DNA of 63,833 nt, filler included, from Squatina squatina (Eukaryota): the NCBI GenBank assembly GCA_031763465.1. It is 4 parts of 4 records of this genome, joined end to end, with 100 filler letters (N's around TTAATTAATTAA, not from the genome) between each part and the next. Parts side by side here need not be neighbours in the genome. Positions count along the whole stretch, not along the records: positions 14,234 to 34,198 come from JARFOE010000016.1; positions 34,299 to 51,103 come from JARFOE010000057.1; 2 more parts are not named here. One strand, written 5' to 3'. The translations under genes were made by a program, and so were the position numbers. Shown here one piece after another: positions 25,601 through 38,769 of the stretch. The number at the start of each line of letters is the position of its first letter. Position 1 is the stretch's first letter. The notes beneath the pieces were generated by a model. That model was not told the DNA's origin. It did not search any database and saw only the letters and a list, made by a program, of their open reading frames with translations.

Positions 25601-28600
25601 CTGAAACAATCTCAACTTCATCATTCTTACTTTTTATTTGAAAAATATCAAAATTCACAANNNNNNNNNNNNNNNNNNNNNNNNNNNNNNNNNNNNNNNN
25701 NNNNNNNNNNNNNNNNNNNNNNNNNNNNNNNNNNNNNNNNNNNNNNNNNNNNNNNNNNNNNNNNNNNNNNNNNNNNNNNNNNNNNNNNNNNNNNNNNNNN
25801 NNNNNNNNNNGCAAAAAATTAAGGGCAGAATCTAACAAATATAAGATTAATATAGAATTATGAAAACGACTGTAATACACAATGAAAGAGTTACAGTGAA
25901 TGGTGGAATTCTTTGATGTCTAGATTCCAATTATACCCCTGACTGAGTTGAAAGAAAAATGAATAAGGTATATTTTAGAAGGCACTATATGCATCTTTGG
26001 TCTCAGCACTAGCCCCTTTTTACCCTCATTCCTTTATGACACCCGGTTATGACATTTCTTCCTCCAAATTCTCATATTTGATTCACTAGTGGGCAAAAAA
26101 AGACAAATGCTTTATCAGCTCTCATAGTCCCTTCACAGGCCATTCACTAGATCCATGAAAAAATTGTGGGATGAATGAGACTGCCATATACAAGCTTCAT
26201 AATTTTCACACTGATTCAAACAAGTGCAACAAATGTGAGCCATTGAATAAAATGCAATCTATTGTATCCATCAGGAAAAACCTTGCTTCAATCACTAAAA
26301 TGAAGTATATATTTATACTAAAATCTAAAAATATACCTTTACTAAAAATATATTTTTCTATTAATAGCACACATTACATTAATATATAATCAAACTGAAC
26401 TAGCAAATGATTATTTGGTGAAATAATATGCAGAATTTCAAAAAATGAATTGATGCACCAAAATACCCATTTTATAAATATGTAATGGTACAAGCATAAT
26501 GCACATTAAAGATTTCAACAGAAATATTTTACCTATTAATATATCAATTACATTTTAATTTTTATACTTTATAATTCTGTCTGAAATTATTTCCTAAATT
26601 TATTTTAATTTAAAATATAAATTAGCATGCAACATAAAAATCTGAAGTGAATCTGGAGTTGACAGATAATGAGCCAATCATCTTTAAGCTGCAAAGATGC
26701 TATTTTGTACCGTTTTTGTTAAAATTCATTAAAAGCTTTTATTAATTTTGGCAGTTGATGTCTGGCATATTGCACATTTTAATAAAAACAAAAATTGTGA
26801 ATATTCTCAAATAGTATTGTTGCATTATATCCATTTAATCCTGTAAGGAACAAATGTCAGTGCCTCCATTTTGTACGTTGCTTCTCTATTTCAAATTGAA
26901 TAAAGGAAACATATTATTTTATGTTCATTATTTTAAAATAGTGTCTCGCTTAACATTCATTAAGATCTGACTTAATGTTTACAAAAATATGATAGTAAAT
27001 ATAATAAAAGTTCAATCAATGTATCAGATTGGCAGTTAACACAAAAGGATGATCACAGCAGCCAAGTTTAGTAAGCAATAGAAGTAGAAATAACAGTACA
27101 AAATAGATAACAACGGCATGCTTTTTACCTCCGAACTAAAGCATAGCATGCNNNNNNNNNNNNNNNNNNNNNNNNNNNNNNNNNNNNNNNNNNNNNNNNN
27201 NNNNNNNNNNNNNNNNNNNNNNNNNNNNNNNNNNNNNNNNNNNNNNNNNNNNNNNNNNNNNNNNNNNNNNNNNNNNNNNNNNNNNNNNNNNNNNNNNNNN
27301 NNNNNNNNNNNNNNNNNNNNNNNNNNNNNNNNNNNNNNNNNNNNNNNNNNNNNNNNNNNNNNNNNNNNNNNNNNNNNNNNNNNNNNNNNNNNNNNNNNNN
27401 NNNNNNNNNNNNNNNNNNNNNNNNNNNNNNNNNNNNNNNNNNNNNNNNNNNNNNNNNNNNNNNNNNNNNNNNNNNNNNNNNNNNNNNNNNNNNNNNNNNN
27501 NNNNNNNNNNNNNNNNNNNNNNNNNNNNNNNNATCTAAATTCTACAAACCTAAGTGTCACGACAAGCATGTATGCTGCATTGAGCATAACAAGACGAAAG
27601 GGGTTATTGACACTCTGTTGTCTCAAACCACTCTGAATACATTTCACATTTCATCAGTTTTGTCTTTCCTGCCACGGGTGAAGGCGATCAGAGCAGACAC
27701 CCATTAGATTTTTCATACAATTTTTTCATGACACGTTGGCAGGATGATGGCAATTTTGAAATCTTACCAAATGAGAAAATGTCAAAAATTGAACTGACAT
27801 CAATAGTCGTCAAGGAGACAGGCAATAAAAAAAATAAAGCTTGCTTAATTCATAAGTAATCAACATTTTTTTTTACAGCAATAAGGAACATTAGAGCTTA
27901 TTTTGGAAGAATAGAATTCTATCTTTAATTACCAGAACACATCAAATTAACTGAGCTTTTCTTTGTTTCATTTCTATGTAAGAAGTGTGATACTTCAGGG
28001 ACTGTACATCCAAGCTCAATATTAACAAAAACACATAGTGTAGGACATAAAAGCCATTGCAGTTTTAGGTCAAGTAATTCTAAATTTGAGTGGTGTGGTT
28101 TAAAAATGTGAAAAAATATCAAAGTAACCCTTGTATGTTGCCCTGAAACCAGTTTCTATTAAATAGAGGGGTATGTAATAAAAATAAAAACTCAAATTTT
28201 GAACAGAAACATAATTAGCTGAACCCTGAAAAAAAAGCTCATAAAAATGTATTGAAAAGTTATTTTTTGATAAAGTCAAAAGCTGTATGAAGCAATCACT
28301 GTAGTTAAACTAATAATCTGATGTACGTATTGTCTATATGCATCTAAACATGCAACTACNNNNNNNNNNNNNNNNNNNNNNNNNNNNNNNNNNNNNNNNN
28401 NNNNNNNNNNNNNNNNNNNNNNNNNNNNNNNNNNNNNNNNNNNNNNNNNNNNNNNNNNNNNNNNNNNNNNNNNNNNNNNNNNNNNNNNNNNNCCCTCCAC
28501 CAGGTTTTAAAAAATAAACAAATTACAAATATATCACTAGATTCTAATAAAAACCATCCTTTGTCTAAAAAGCTGTCATTTTACACAATAGTGAGATACA

Positions 28601-30254
28601 CACAGCCTTCAAAACCTTTGACAAAGCAAAGATAGGCTGCATTGCCATCTACAGGCATCAGAATGCAAAAACAGCCATTTCAAATTATTAACTCAAGTTA
28701 TCTAAAATCGAAGTATTCTTTGCTTGAGAAACAAAGGTGTGGGATGCATAGTTATTTATAATTACGTACACATAAAGATATATATATTTTAGTCGTGCAT
28801 TATATTGTATGGCTCCAAGATTCCCTACTTAACAGAAATTGTGAATAGGACAGTGTAAATGAAGANNNNNNNNNNGTTTATGTTGGAAGTACAAAGCATG
28901 GTGTATATTGGGGGTTCATAAATAAATTGACTTTACAAATTCTTTATTTAGCACAAATATTATGTGCCTAATTCAAGCTCACTGATTCAACTGAAGAAAC
29001 AGGACTGCATTCATTCATTTTTAACATTTCTGGTGCTGAAATTCAGAGTTGGAACAATCATCAAATCCAAATTTCCAAAGTCATAGAAGTATCTTATAAA
29101 ATATATGTTAACTATCAATGACAAAACTCAAGGTCACCCGAGTTAAATAATTATACTGTAACTGAGGAAGCCAAAAAAGTTGGAGGAAGAGAAATCTGGA
29201 AGATATTCAGTTGGGGTTGGCTGAGCCATCCTAGTAGTCAGTATTAATTTCCTTCCAGTTATTTTAACGTAGTACCATTTTTGTCGTCAAGAAAAGGCCC
29301 ATCCTATGTTATTTCATGGTAATACAAAAATCATGTTCATNNNNNNNNNNNNNNNNNNNNNNNNNNNNNNNNNNNNNNNNNNNNNNNNNNNNNNNNNNNN
29401 NNNNNNNNNNNNNNNNNNNNNNNNNNNNNNNNNNNNNNNNNNNNNNNNNNNNNNNNNNNNNNNNNNNNNNNNNNNNNNNNNNNNNNNNNNNNNNNNNNNN
29501 NNNNNNNNNNNNNNNNNNNNNNNNNNNNNNNNNNNNNNNNNNNNNNNNNNNNNNNNNNNNNNNNNNNNNNNNNNNNNNNNNNNNNNNNNNNNNNNNNNNN
29601 NNNNNNNNNNNNNNNNNNNNNNNNNNNNNNNNNNNNNNNNNNNNNNNNNNNNNNNNNNNNNNNNNNNNNNNNNNNNNNNNNNNNNNNNNNNNNNNNNNNN
29701 NNNNNNNNNNNNNNNNNNNNNNNNNNNNNNAGAGAAGCAAAGGTTTACAAGTGAATAGTATATGTGTATTGTTACAAAGGACAGGGGCACCAGGTTTATT
29801 TAAATTGCCTGTTTTTCTAGTGAATTATTCTTACTGCTATATTCATGCATCTTTTTACATTAATGTTCTCGCAGACATATGACTTGTCCACTAAACTGAA
29901 TTGCCTGTTCACGCCATAACTTCACACTTTCTGCAGTAGCTATCATGGTGTAATATTAATGTTCAATTACCTGTTTTCAGTTTATTCTGAATTTACAATA
30001 ATAATGGATCTGCTCCCATGGGTGACCTATAATAAATAATGCTGTGGTACTTCTGGTCCTATTGTTAAAGAGTAAAAAATTAGAAAGATAATTAGCAATT
30101 AATCTTGTGGGAATTGCAGTTTAATTTTACAAAACTTTCCTCGAAGATAATGCAGAAATCATACTTTTAGATGAAGCAAATAAGGATTTTTGAGCCCGCA
30201 AAAACCCAACAAAATCTAGCATCTAAATTATTGAGAAAATTATCAAAGCAAAAC

Positions 30255-30329
30255 ATCTATGCTGGATATAAACAAAAAATGCTGGAAAAACTCAGCAGGT
30301 CAGGCAGCTTTCGTATCTATGCTGGATAT
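30255..30329. mobile_element. 45-bp Penelope-like terminal fragment flanked by a perfect 15-bp direct repeat
   Basis: atctatgctggatat at 30255-30269 and 30315-30329 flanks aaacaaaaaatgctggaaaaactcagcaggtcaggcagctttcgt. Confidence 0.7.
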
Positions 30330-33300
30330 TCTGAAGTACCGTTTATCTGTGTGTGAGCTGCGCAGAATTTGCTAAAAATGATCAAGCCATTTTGTTAGCA
30401 GCAATATTACAATTACAGAAATAGAACGGTATTGAAAATGTCACAAACTTAAATAAGAGATGAAATTTATACAAAATATACAGGTGAATCATAATTCTTT
30501 TGTTCGTAAAAGACCGATGTCTGGTTTAGCTATTAAAAATGGGCAGCAGAAACCCTTTGCTTAGTGCTAACTTTCTAAAATACTGAGGGTTTCTGCGCTC
30601 AAGCCGCTGTTTCATGTATTCCAGTCCTTAACAATGGACAACTAGCAGAAATATCCTGCACTGGCTCTATGTAGTAGCATAAGTTACTATTATGTTGTTA
30701 GTTCAGGTTAATTCAGATTTCTGATCTGCTTTTTAATTCTTAATTGTTCTTGTAATTATGTTTGGTGCATTTCCATAGGAAAACATGATTTGAAATGTCT
30801 ATCTTCATATATTCCCCTACAATGGGAAAAAAATGGTAAAATGTGTAGATTATGCTACTCATAACAATTGCTTAAGAAAAATATTCATCACATAACATTT
30901 TGTGCTAAATACCGGAGTCTGAACTTGGGTTGAAAGAAACTATTTAACCAGTAATAGGCCTCAATTAACTCACTGCAGTCAAATCATTTATCCCAATAAT
31001 GTGGCTCAGGTGTACCTATAACTTTAGCTGTTTATTGCTCTGCAATGGTGACATCGTAAATGGGATCGCCTGTGCCATGATAAACAATAAAGGCTTTACA
31101 GAAGTTTCTTCACATTTAAATATTGTGTTGTGCATAATTGCAGTTCTATCTGTAAACTATTTTTGTGAGAAAGGTTTCCTGCTTGCAGGAGCTCAAATCT
31201 AGTTACCACCGAGCACCAAATGCTAAATCTATAAATAAACTGGAAAACACAAGAATTGATCAAAGGGGAATTTACAACACGGGGTTTGCTACAGAACAAT
31301 TGTTATCACTTTTGTGGTAAAGTAACCACAGACTCTTTACAGCAAAAAATTCTTTCGAGCATTCCAACTGCAAAAGGTGTAACCAATCTAGTTTTAACAG
31401 TAAACATAAAATGCAAGTAAGAATGATGTTAAAGCCATGTAGAGGCAAACATTAAATCGATATACCAAAATGAAGTCTTTAAATGAATAAAATACATGGT
31501 AGAATGTATTTTACTACATTGTATTTTAGACATCAAAATTGTCTATAATCAAAACCTGAAAGCAGAGGAATATGAAGAAATAACTACCATGGATTTATGA
31601 TTACTGAAGATCAATATCAGTTATTGATCAGTAAATTACTAAGGAGATCAGATGTGTATTTTCTTTTGCATTGCATACATAACNNNNNNNNNNCATTTAT
31701 ATCTCACATCAGTGTGATTTTTGTTTTTGGTAGCAGGGGAATGACTGATTAATTTTATAGTTAACCAATAATAAGCTGCAAACTTTAAAAAAAAGTATAA
31801 TCCACTTCTGTTGAGAGACGATGGAAATGAAGGATCATACAACTCCAGTGCATTTATTAATCCTACGTCACTTTTAAAAGGCCAAAATATTGTGCTTCCA
31901 CATTCGGATATGACCAGTGAAATTTAAAAAAAAATCTAAAATTACTATCTGAAGTTCTNNNNNNNNNNGATAAAGACACACTCTCATCATCGACACCTCC
32001 GGGCAAGGCCATCTAATAGGGACAAATTGCCAGTGACTGCCCAAGCAACTACCACAGACTGCTGATTTGTGGATTGATACTGATGTTTAATGATCCCCTT
32101 GGGTGGATCAATAGTAATAATCCTCTTTTCTGCCTTTCTTTCTTATTGGCACTACAGACTAGGGTTTTGGTGGGAGCTCTGTAGCAATTGCAAGCTTACA
32201 GTGTTGTAAAGCAAACATTCTACAAGTTAAAACACCAGGCAGTGAATAAACAGAATTTCACTGCTTTACACATTAGAAGTTTTATTTTCCTTGATTTATG
32301 ATTTATATTATACAAAAACGAATAAATGTCTGGGATTAAATGTATGAAAAACAAAGCTTTTTCCTGTTTTTCTCAATTTGTCTGAATTGCTGCATTGTTC
32401 AATAGTAGACCATATTCTATTTTAGAAAATTATTTTCATTTGAAAAACCATTTAAAAATTAAAATTAGAATATTTTTAATCAACAAAAATAACAGTTGAT
32501 TCAACATTTACATTAAATTTTGTTAACGCTCAACAAATTTGCATACGTGGGACTGGGTAGAACCTTCATAGCGTCAAGGCTTCAACTGCAAACACACCTC
32601 TGTTTAAGTCACTCCTGACTGTATTGTTACAAGTTGGCTTTAGATTTATAAAATATAAAAGCTATAGATTTTCCTGCATCAATAAATAAAAATACAACAA
32701 AAGGTTGAAATCTTTTCTCCAAGTGTTTCCCTTTATATTTTCCGTCACCCCCCCTCCTTAGGATGAGATGGGTCGGGAGCGTGAGTGTGTCTGAGATTGT
32801 TGGGAATGCTACCTTATGACTCACATGATTGGAAAACATGTCCAAGGGAACAAAGTTCAGCACTGATTTCCTCCATAAGATGAAACGTTCTGTCGTAACT
32901 TGTGCTCCATCTAGTGACCTGCTGGTGGATTGACACGATTTGATCCAAACTGTGGAGACTCAAATAAGATAAANNNNNNNNNNNNNNNNNNNNNNNNNNN
33001 NNNNNNNNNNNNNNNNNNNNNNNNNNNNNNNNNNNNNNNNNNNNNNNNNNNNNNNNNNNNNNNNNNNNNNNNNNNNNNNNNNNNNNNNNNNNNNNNNNNN
33101 NNNNNNNNNNNNNNNNNNNNNNNNNNNNNNNNNNNNNNNNNNNNNNNNNNNNNNNNNNNNNNNNNNNNNNNNNNNNNNNNNNNNNNNNNNNNNNNNNNNN
33201 NNNNNNNNNNNNNNNNNNNNNNNNNNNNNNNNNNNNNNNNNNNNNNNNNNNNNNNNNNNNNNNNNNNNNNNNNNNNNNNNNNNNNNNNNNNNNNNNNNNN

Positions 33301-34198
33301 NNNNNNNNNNNNNNNNNNNNNNNNNNNNNNNNNNNNNNNNNNNNNNNNNNNNNNNNNNNNNNNNNNNNNNNNNNNNNNNNNNNNNNNNNNNNNNNNNNNN
33401 NNNNNNNNNNNNNNNNNNNNNNNNNNNNNNNNNNNNNNNNNNNNNNNNNNNNNNNNNNNNNNNNNNNNNNNNNNNNNNNNNNNNNNNNNNNNTTTCCCCT
33501 CCTCTCCCTGAGTTGTGACTGTTATATAAAAAATAAAAAGACAACTACATGTTAAGCCAGCAGGCAAGACATCATGAAGCCTTGGATAGGGGGAGGGAAG
33601 AGAGGAGGGGTGGGTCACAGCTAAACGCTTTACAAAGGAAAACCTGAAGGCTTTCACAACTTGTAAGAGTCACTTTTCCAGACGTTGCTGTGAGGAGTTG
33701 GTGGTTTGGGGCTAAAACCACAATGCAAACATGTGCCTGGGGTTACAAAATTGAAAGCAACAATCTTGTATATATTCAAAATCGGGATTGCTGGGTACAA
33801 AAATAACTAAATAAATAAATAGTCTGTGGCACAAATTCGGACAAAAATGTCACTTAAAGAGGTACACTTTGGATTGATCGAATAGCGTATAAGCAAAAGG
33901 TAATTTTAATCACATGTCTGCAGACTCTCTCTTCTGTGCAATTGAATTTGATGGAAACATTTATGACAGGGGACATTGCTACAACAGAAAACCAGAGCTA
34001 GAAAATACATTTTTAAAAAGAGAATAAATTCTGTTTTAAATGATAAGATGTAATTCTGAAACAAAATATCCAAGGGATGATAAATTACTCATTTTTAAAA
34101 AAAAGTCAGCCATATTGAAAGTAAGCCAAATAAAAGAAAGCCTTTTGTCATTTTAAGGAAAAATAAATAAGCAGGGAAAAAACTTGGCGTCATTTGTC

Positions 34199-34298
34199 NN
34201 NNNNNNNNNNNNNNNNNNNNNNNNNNNNNNNNNNNNNNNNNNTTAATTAATTAANNNNNNNNNNNNNNNNNNNNNNNNNNNNNNNNNNNNNNNNNNNN
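34199..34298. other. Assembly linker N44-TTAATTAATTAA-N44
   Basis: Same structure as 14134-14233; 12-mer at 34243-34254. Confidence 0.95.
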
Positions 34299-34689
34299 GT
34301 ATTATTGACACTATTAGGCCAGAGACAGTTTCTATAATGCCATGTCTGGAAATCATGCAACAAGCAAGGTTTTATTAGGGGGTCTGTTACAGAGTGTTTG
34401 ATATATTGTTTCTACTAATGAGGGAGCCATAAATTATGCATGGTCAATCAGAGCTCACTGCACCAGTGTTACTGTACTGCTCTGACAGGTTACATAATGT
34501 GGTGATAAGAAATGGATTACTCATGTTAATAGGCTTGTCTTCTGGTGTCTTCCAGAGCTGGGATCAAGGTGCATTGCTGGTGTTACGTTGGGGAGCTGTG
34601 CTTTGTGCTTCAGCTGAGAAGAAATTGATGCTGTCAATAGTGGGAAGCAAAATAATATTTGTTTTCCCTTTGGTGCCAGAGTTTAGCTT

Positions 34690-34737
34690 TGTGTCCTGGC
34701 CAATATTTATCCTTCAACCAACATCGCTAAAAAAGAT
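34690..34737 (+). mobile_element. Deu-SINE left piece, interrupted by CR1
   Basis: gtgtcctggccaatatttatccttcaaccaacatcgctaaaaaagat; the sequence resumes at about 35537. Confidence 0.8.
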
Positions 34738-34739
34738 AA

Positions 34740-35534
34740 GAGTTTGAAAATGATTTATTTGAATCCAAAACTAGGGTCTTAAATCTAAATAAAGCAAACC
34801 ACGTAGGTATGAGGGGCGAGTTGGATAAGGTAGATTGGGAAACTACAGTAAAAGGTATAACAGTAGACAAGCAATGGATAGTGTTTAAAGAATTAATACT
34901 TAATTTACAACAAATATGCATACCTTTAAAGCACAAAATTCCCACAGGAAAAGTGGTCCAGCCATGGCTAACAAGAGAAGTTAAAATAGTATTAGATTAA
35001 AGGAAAAGGCTTATAATGTTGCCAAATTGAGTAGTAAGCCTGAGGATTGGGGGGATTTTCAAGCAAAGGAGGACCAAGAAATTGATAAAGAAAGGGAAAA
35101 TAGAATATGAGAGTAAACTGGGCGAGAGACATAAAAACANNNNNNNNNNNNNNNNNNNNNNNNNNNNNNNNNNNNNNNNNNNNNNNNNNNNNNNATGCAG
35201 AGAGGATGTTTCCCTTGGCTGGGGAGTCTAGAACCAGGGGTTACAATTTCAGAATAAGGGGTCGACCATTTAGGACTGAGTTGAAAAATGTCTTCACTCA
35301 GAGGGTTGTGAATCTTTGGAATTCTCTACCCCGGAGGGCTGTGGAAGCTCAGTCGTTAGGTCTACTCTAGACAGAGGTCGATAGATTTTTAGATATTAAG
35401 GGAATCAAGGGATATGGGGATAGTGCAGGAAAGTGGCATTGAGGTAGGTGATCAGCCATGATCTCATTGAATGGCAGAGCAGGCTTGAAGGGCCGAATGG
35501 CCTAATCCTGCTCCTATTTCTTATGTTCTTATGT
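34740..35534 (+). mobile_element. 5'-truncated CR1 (HER1-type) LINE with internal assembly gap
   Basis: MRGELDKVDWE...QWIVFKE...PWLTREVK (EN-RT linker). After the gap: ERMFPLAGESRTRGYNFRIRGRPFRTE...FTQRVVNLWNSLP, then 3' UTR and (TTCTTATG)n tail. Confidence 0.92.
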
Positions 35535-35536
35535 TG

Positions 35537-35632
35537 TTATCTGGTCATTATCTCATTGCTTAATTGGCTGTAAAGTGCTTTGGGGTTTCCTGAGGTCATG
35601 AAAGGTGCTATATAAATGCAAGTCTTTCTTTT
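35537..35632 (+). mobile_element. Deu-SINE right piece with tail
   Basis: ttatctggtcattatctcattgct...gtaaagtgctttggg...gctatataaatgcaagtctttc. Confidence 0.85.
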
Positions 35633-38629
35633 ATGAACATACCTGTATTCAAATTTCAGATTCTTTAAGTCTCCACACAAGAGCATAAAATTGACATATC
35701 TTTAGTAAAGCTAATTCACAACCAAGCACAAAATACATGGCACTCATAAAATATAGATTATTTCTTCAGTGACGTGAAATTATTTCAACAAAATGAACAA
35801 AATTTTTCCAAAAAAAACCCACTCAGAAGTTAATTTACTTAAAAATGTTATGTTCAAAACCAAAATTTTAGGTTTGACTTTATATCAGAATGAAAACTCA
35901 GTATTACAATAAAATGCAAAATGGCATCACACTTAAGAAACATTAGCTTACTTGGAGTATGCAACATAAAACAGGATGTGGGACAATTAATGTGCCATTT
36001 TGTTCTGACACATTTGATCTGTCTACATGACTTATGTGAGTTTAATACCACCCAAGGGGCAGTTTAACTATCATGAAGCTTTCCAACTGTTCAAGAAATC
36101 AATTGCTATCGTCAGAGCAATGCGGAAATCTTTGAAATTAGGTGATGTGAACAAAATCGTGAGAACCCCTATCTACTGTCATTATTGCGTGTAGTAATTA
36201 CTTCTGTGTGCTGATTACTTTCATAGCTGATCTCGTCAATGGTTAAATCGGCTTATCACGGCAAAATAGAAATAAGGATGTGATTCAGTCGAATGTCCTA
36301 TTCCCATGAGGTTGCTGCTCAATAGAGATCCACATTTTCCAGGCAACATATTTTGTTTTACTAACTACCAGAGTGCACAGCACAGAGGGCCAATAGCTTT
36401 CAATTAGAGTTACACAGCACCTTTAATTGTCAATGCTCCTGAATTATGGACGCTATGTGATATATGGCTGTGGCCGCTGTGATTTGTGGAGTCACAGGCC
36501 TAATAAGCTGAAAGGGAAAAAAGTAAAGATGGGCTTTGCTTGCTTCTCACGGTCCATGCCCTGCTGCCTTAGCCAAGCCGATAGGTGAATTGGAAACCAA
36601 AGGCCAGCCAAGTTCAAACGAATACGAAACTCGAAACACTAAATGGAATAAGTCATCTGCTTATCTAATGNNNNNNNNNNNNNNNNNNNNNNNNNNNNNN
36701 NNNNNNNNNNNNNNNNNNNNNNNNNNNNNNNNNNNNNNNNNNNNNNNNNNNNNNNNNNNNNNNNNNNNNNTATAATTTATCGGCAAATAATGCAATATAG
36801 GTGAAAAATATTATTGTCATTTACGCCTTTTGTGATGCTGGGCACCTGCAGGATCTCTGTGAGTGCATGGTGTCCACCATTTCTGGGGCTGTGGGGTTGG
36901 GTGACTTTAAAAATTGCCAGAAGTGTTTTCAGCTATTTCAGCCAGCTAAAGAAACAAAATGAGCTTTTTAATAGTCCTTTCCTTCCCCTCCAGCATCTCA
37001 CAGGGTGCCAGAGCAAAATTCCCCTTCCCTAGTCAGGTGAGCACCAGAAACAGTGCTGCACGCTCCCGCAGCATTTAAATTAGCCTGACTCCAAGATTTC
37101 GGACAGGTCAGGGACTTCAGCACTTGATGGGGAGAAGCTCCACTCCACCCCAGATCTGCACCTGACTTCAGGGCCTTTGTCTCAGATGCCCACCTGATAT
37201 CACTGGCAGCCTGTCCCTTCTCCTGCTCACCCACCTTCATTAAGTCAAGTGGGGCGGTGAAAGCAGGCCTTACTGCAGTGAGCTTTTTGTCCGCAGAAAC
37301 CCGACCAAACAGCCGTTTTCTTCAGAATCCGGACAAGCGGAAATCTCCCTTACTGCAACATCTGTTGCACATAAGCGATAGAATTATGTATGCATGCATG
37401 TAGACTGGAATTTGGTGAGTTGGCCCTTTAAGCATCAGTTATCCATGAATCAATGAGCTCAACAAACATAACACACAACGTGTGCATCATCAACATTCAA
37501 CAGGGATTTCAGGCCACGTATCTTAACGTTGCTGGTCATTATCACTCAAAAGCCACCAGCATAATGCTTCACACAATTTGTAGGCTAATGCCTTCTCTTT
37601 AACAAATGAGTTTAGTCTCACTCTCCGTCTATTAAATCTAAGTACTGCTGTTTTCCAAGACTTCAGAGACACTTTGCAGAACTAGGCTCTTTTCAGAGGT
37701 GAGGGAAATCAACTTCTTCATATCAAATGACCGAGCGCATAACTCTGTTGAGATTTTCCAACAGTTAAATGGCGAGCCAAATCGTTTGCCAATATATAAT
37801 GAAATACAGGTGAATGGTTACTTTCCTTATACGTTATGGTTGTCACCATCAGTCAAATCAAGACGACATTCGCATGAGCTTTAATGATGCGGATTGCAAT
37901 TTGGAATCTCTTCTCAAGTGTACACCGAGACACCCACTTATAACATTCTTGGCCTTAGTCTTTTACAGCCACTGCCATTAAGCTTTGAAAGTCTCTATTG
38001 ATCAAATGCTGTTTTTATGTGCATGAGACCATATATTTTGTAACGATCGCTACTACTAACAGTTTTATTGAAACCCATCACTGAAGTGATGATTGCAGAA
38101 CTTCTCTAATCACATTATAATGTTGTCAGCCTGCCAAAAGTTGTACTTGATAGAAAATGAGACAGATATTCTCAATATACATTTTACCTTTGTCAGCTCG
38201 CCAATTTAGGAGCCGCATTGATTTTTCTGTGTTATACGTTCAGTTACCTTCATGTTTATGGTAATTTGCATTTAGTTGTGAATAATGAAATAATAAGCAC
38301 ACAGCGTTATTTATATTCATGACTCTTCAATTTGATTTAATGATCTGTTACCTTAATTTTAAAATCATAAGATACTGACAGCTGCTCCTATCAGTATAAT
38401 GTATGTTAATAACCATGGTTTGAAAAGAATCTGCAAAATATTTAGTGCAATCTGCGGAAGACGGTAAAAGAGAGATTTCCCTCACCCAGCTATGCCAGTT
38501 ATCCCAGATCCAATGCCTATAGGTTAATATCAAGCTGTGCAGTATTAGCAATGAATATATTATATGGAATTCTGTCATCTATTTTCATTAACGTACTATA
38601 CAGCCATTTTAAACATATTCATTACTAAT

Positions 38630-38735
38630 ATTTCCAACATTACAACAGTCTCAATTAAAAGCATTAATTGTCTCTATAGCACTTTGGGACATCCTGAGGT
38701 TGTGAGAGCCACTATATCAATGCAAGTTCTTTCTA
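38630..38735 (+). mobile_element. Deu-SINE 3' tail fragment
   Basis: acattacaacagt...gcactttgggacatcctgaggttgtgagagccactatatcaatgcaagttctttc. Confidence 0.75.
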
Positions 38736-38769
38736 TCTTTAATATCATAGAGAGTGATTGTGACCCATT

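Noticed and set aside
27036-33657. Longest ORFs in the ORF track (150-250 aa)
   Set aside because: Composed mainly of X from N gaps; artefacts.
25811-34198. CELF4 3' end (expected next to KIAA1328 in human) or PCDH19 3' end
   Set aside because: No CELF4 or PCDH19 coding sequence was recognised, and a linker separates this block from both anchor genes.
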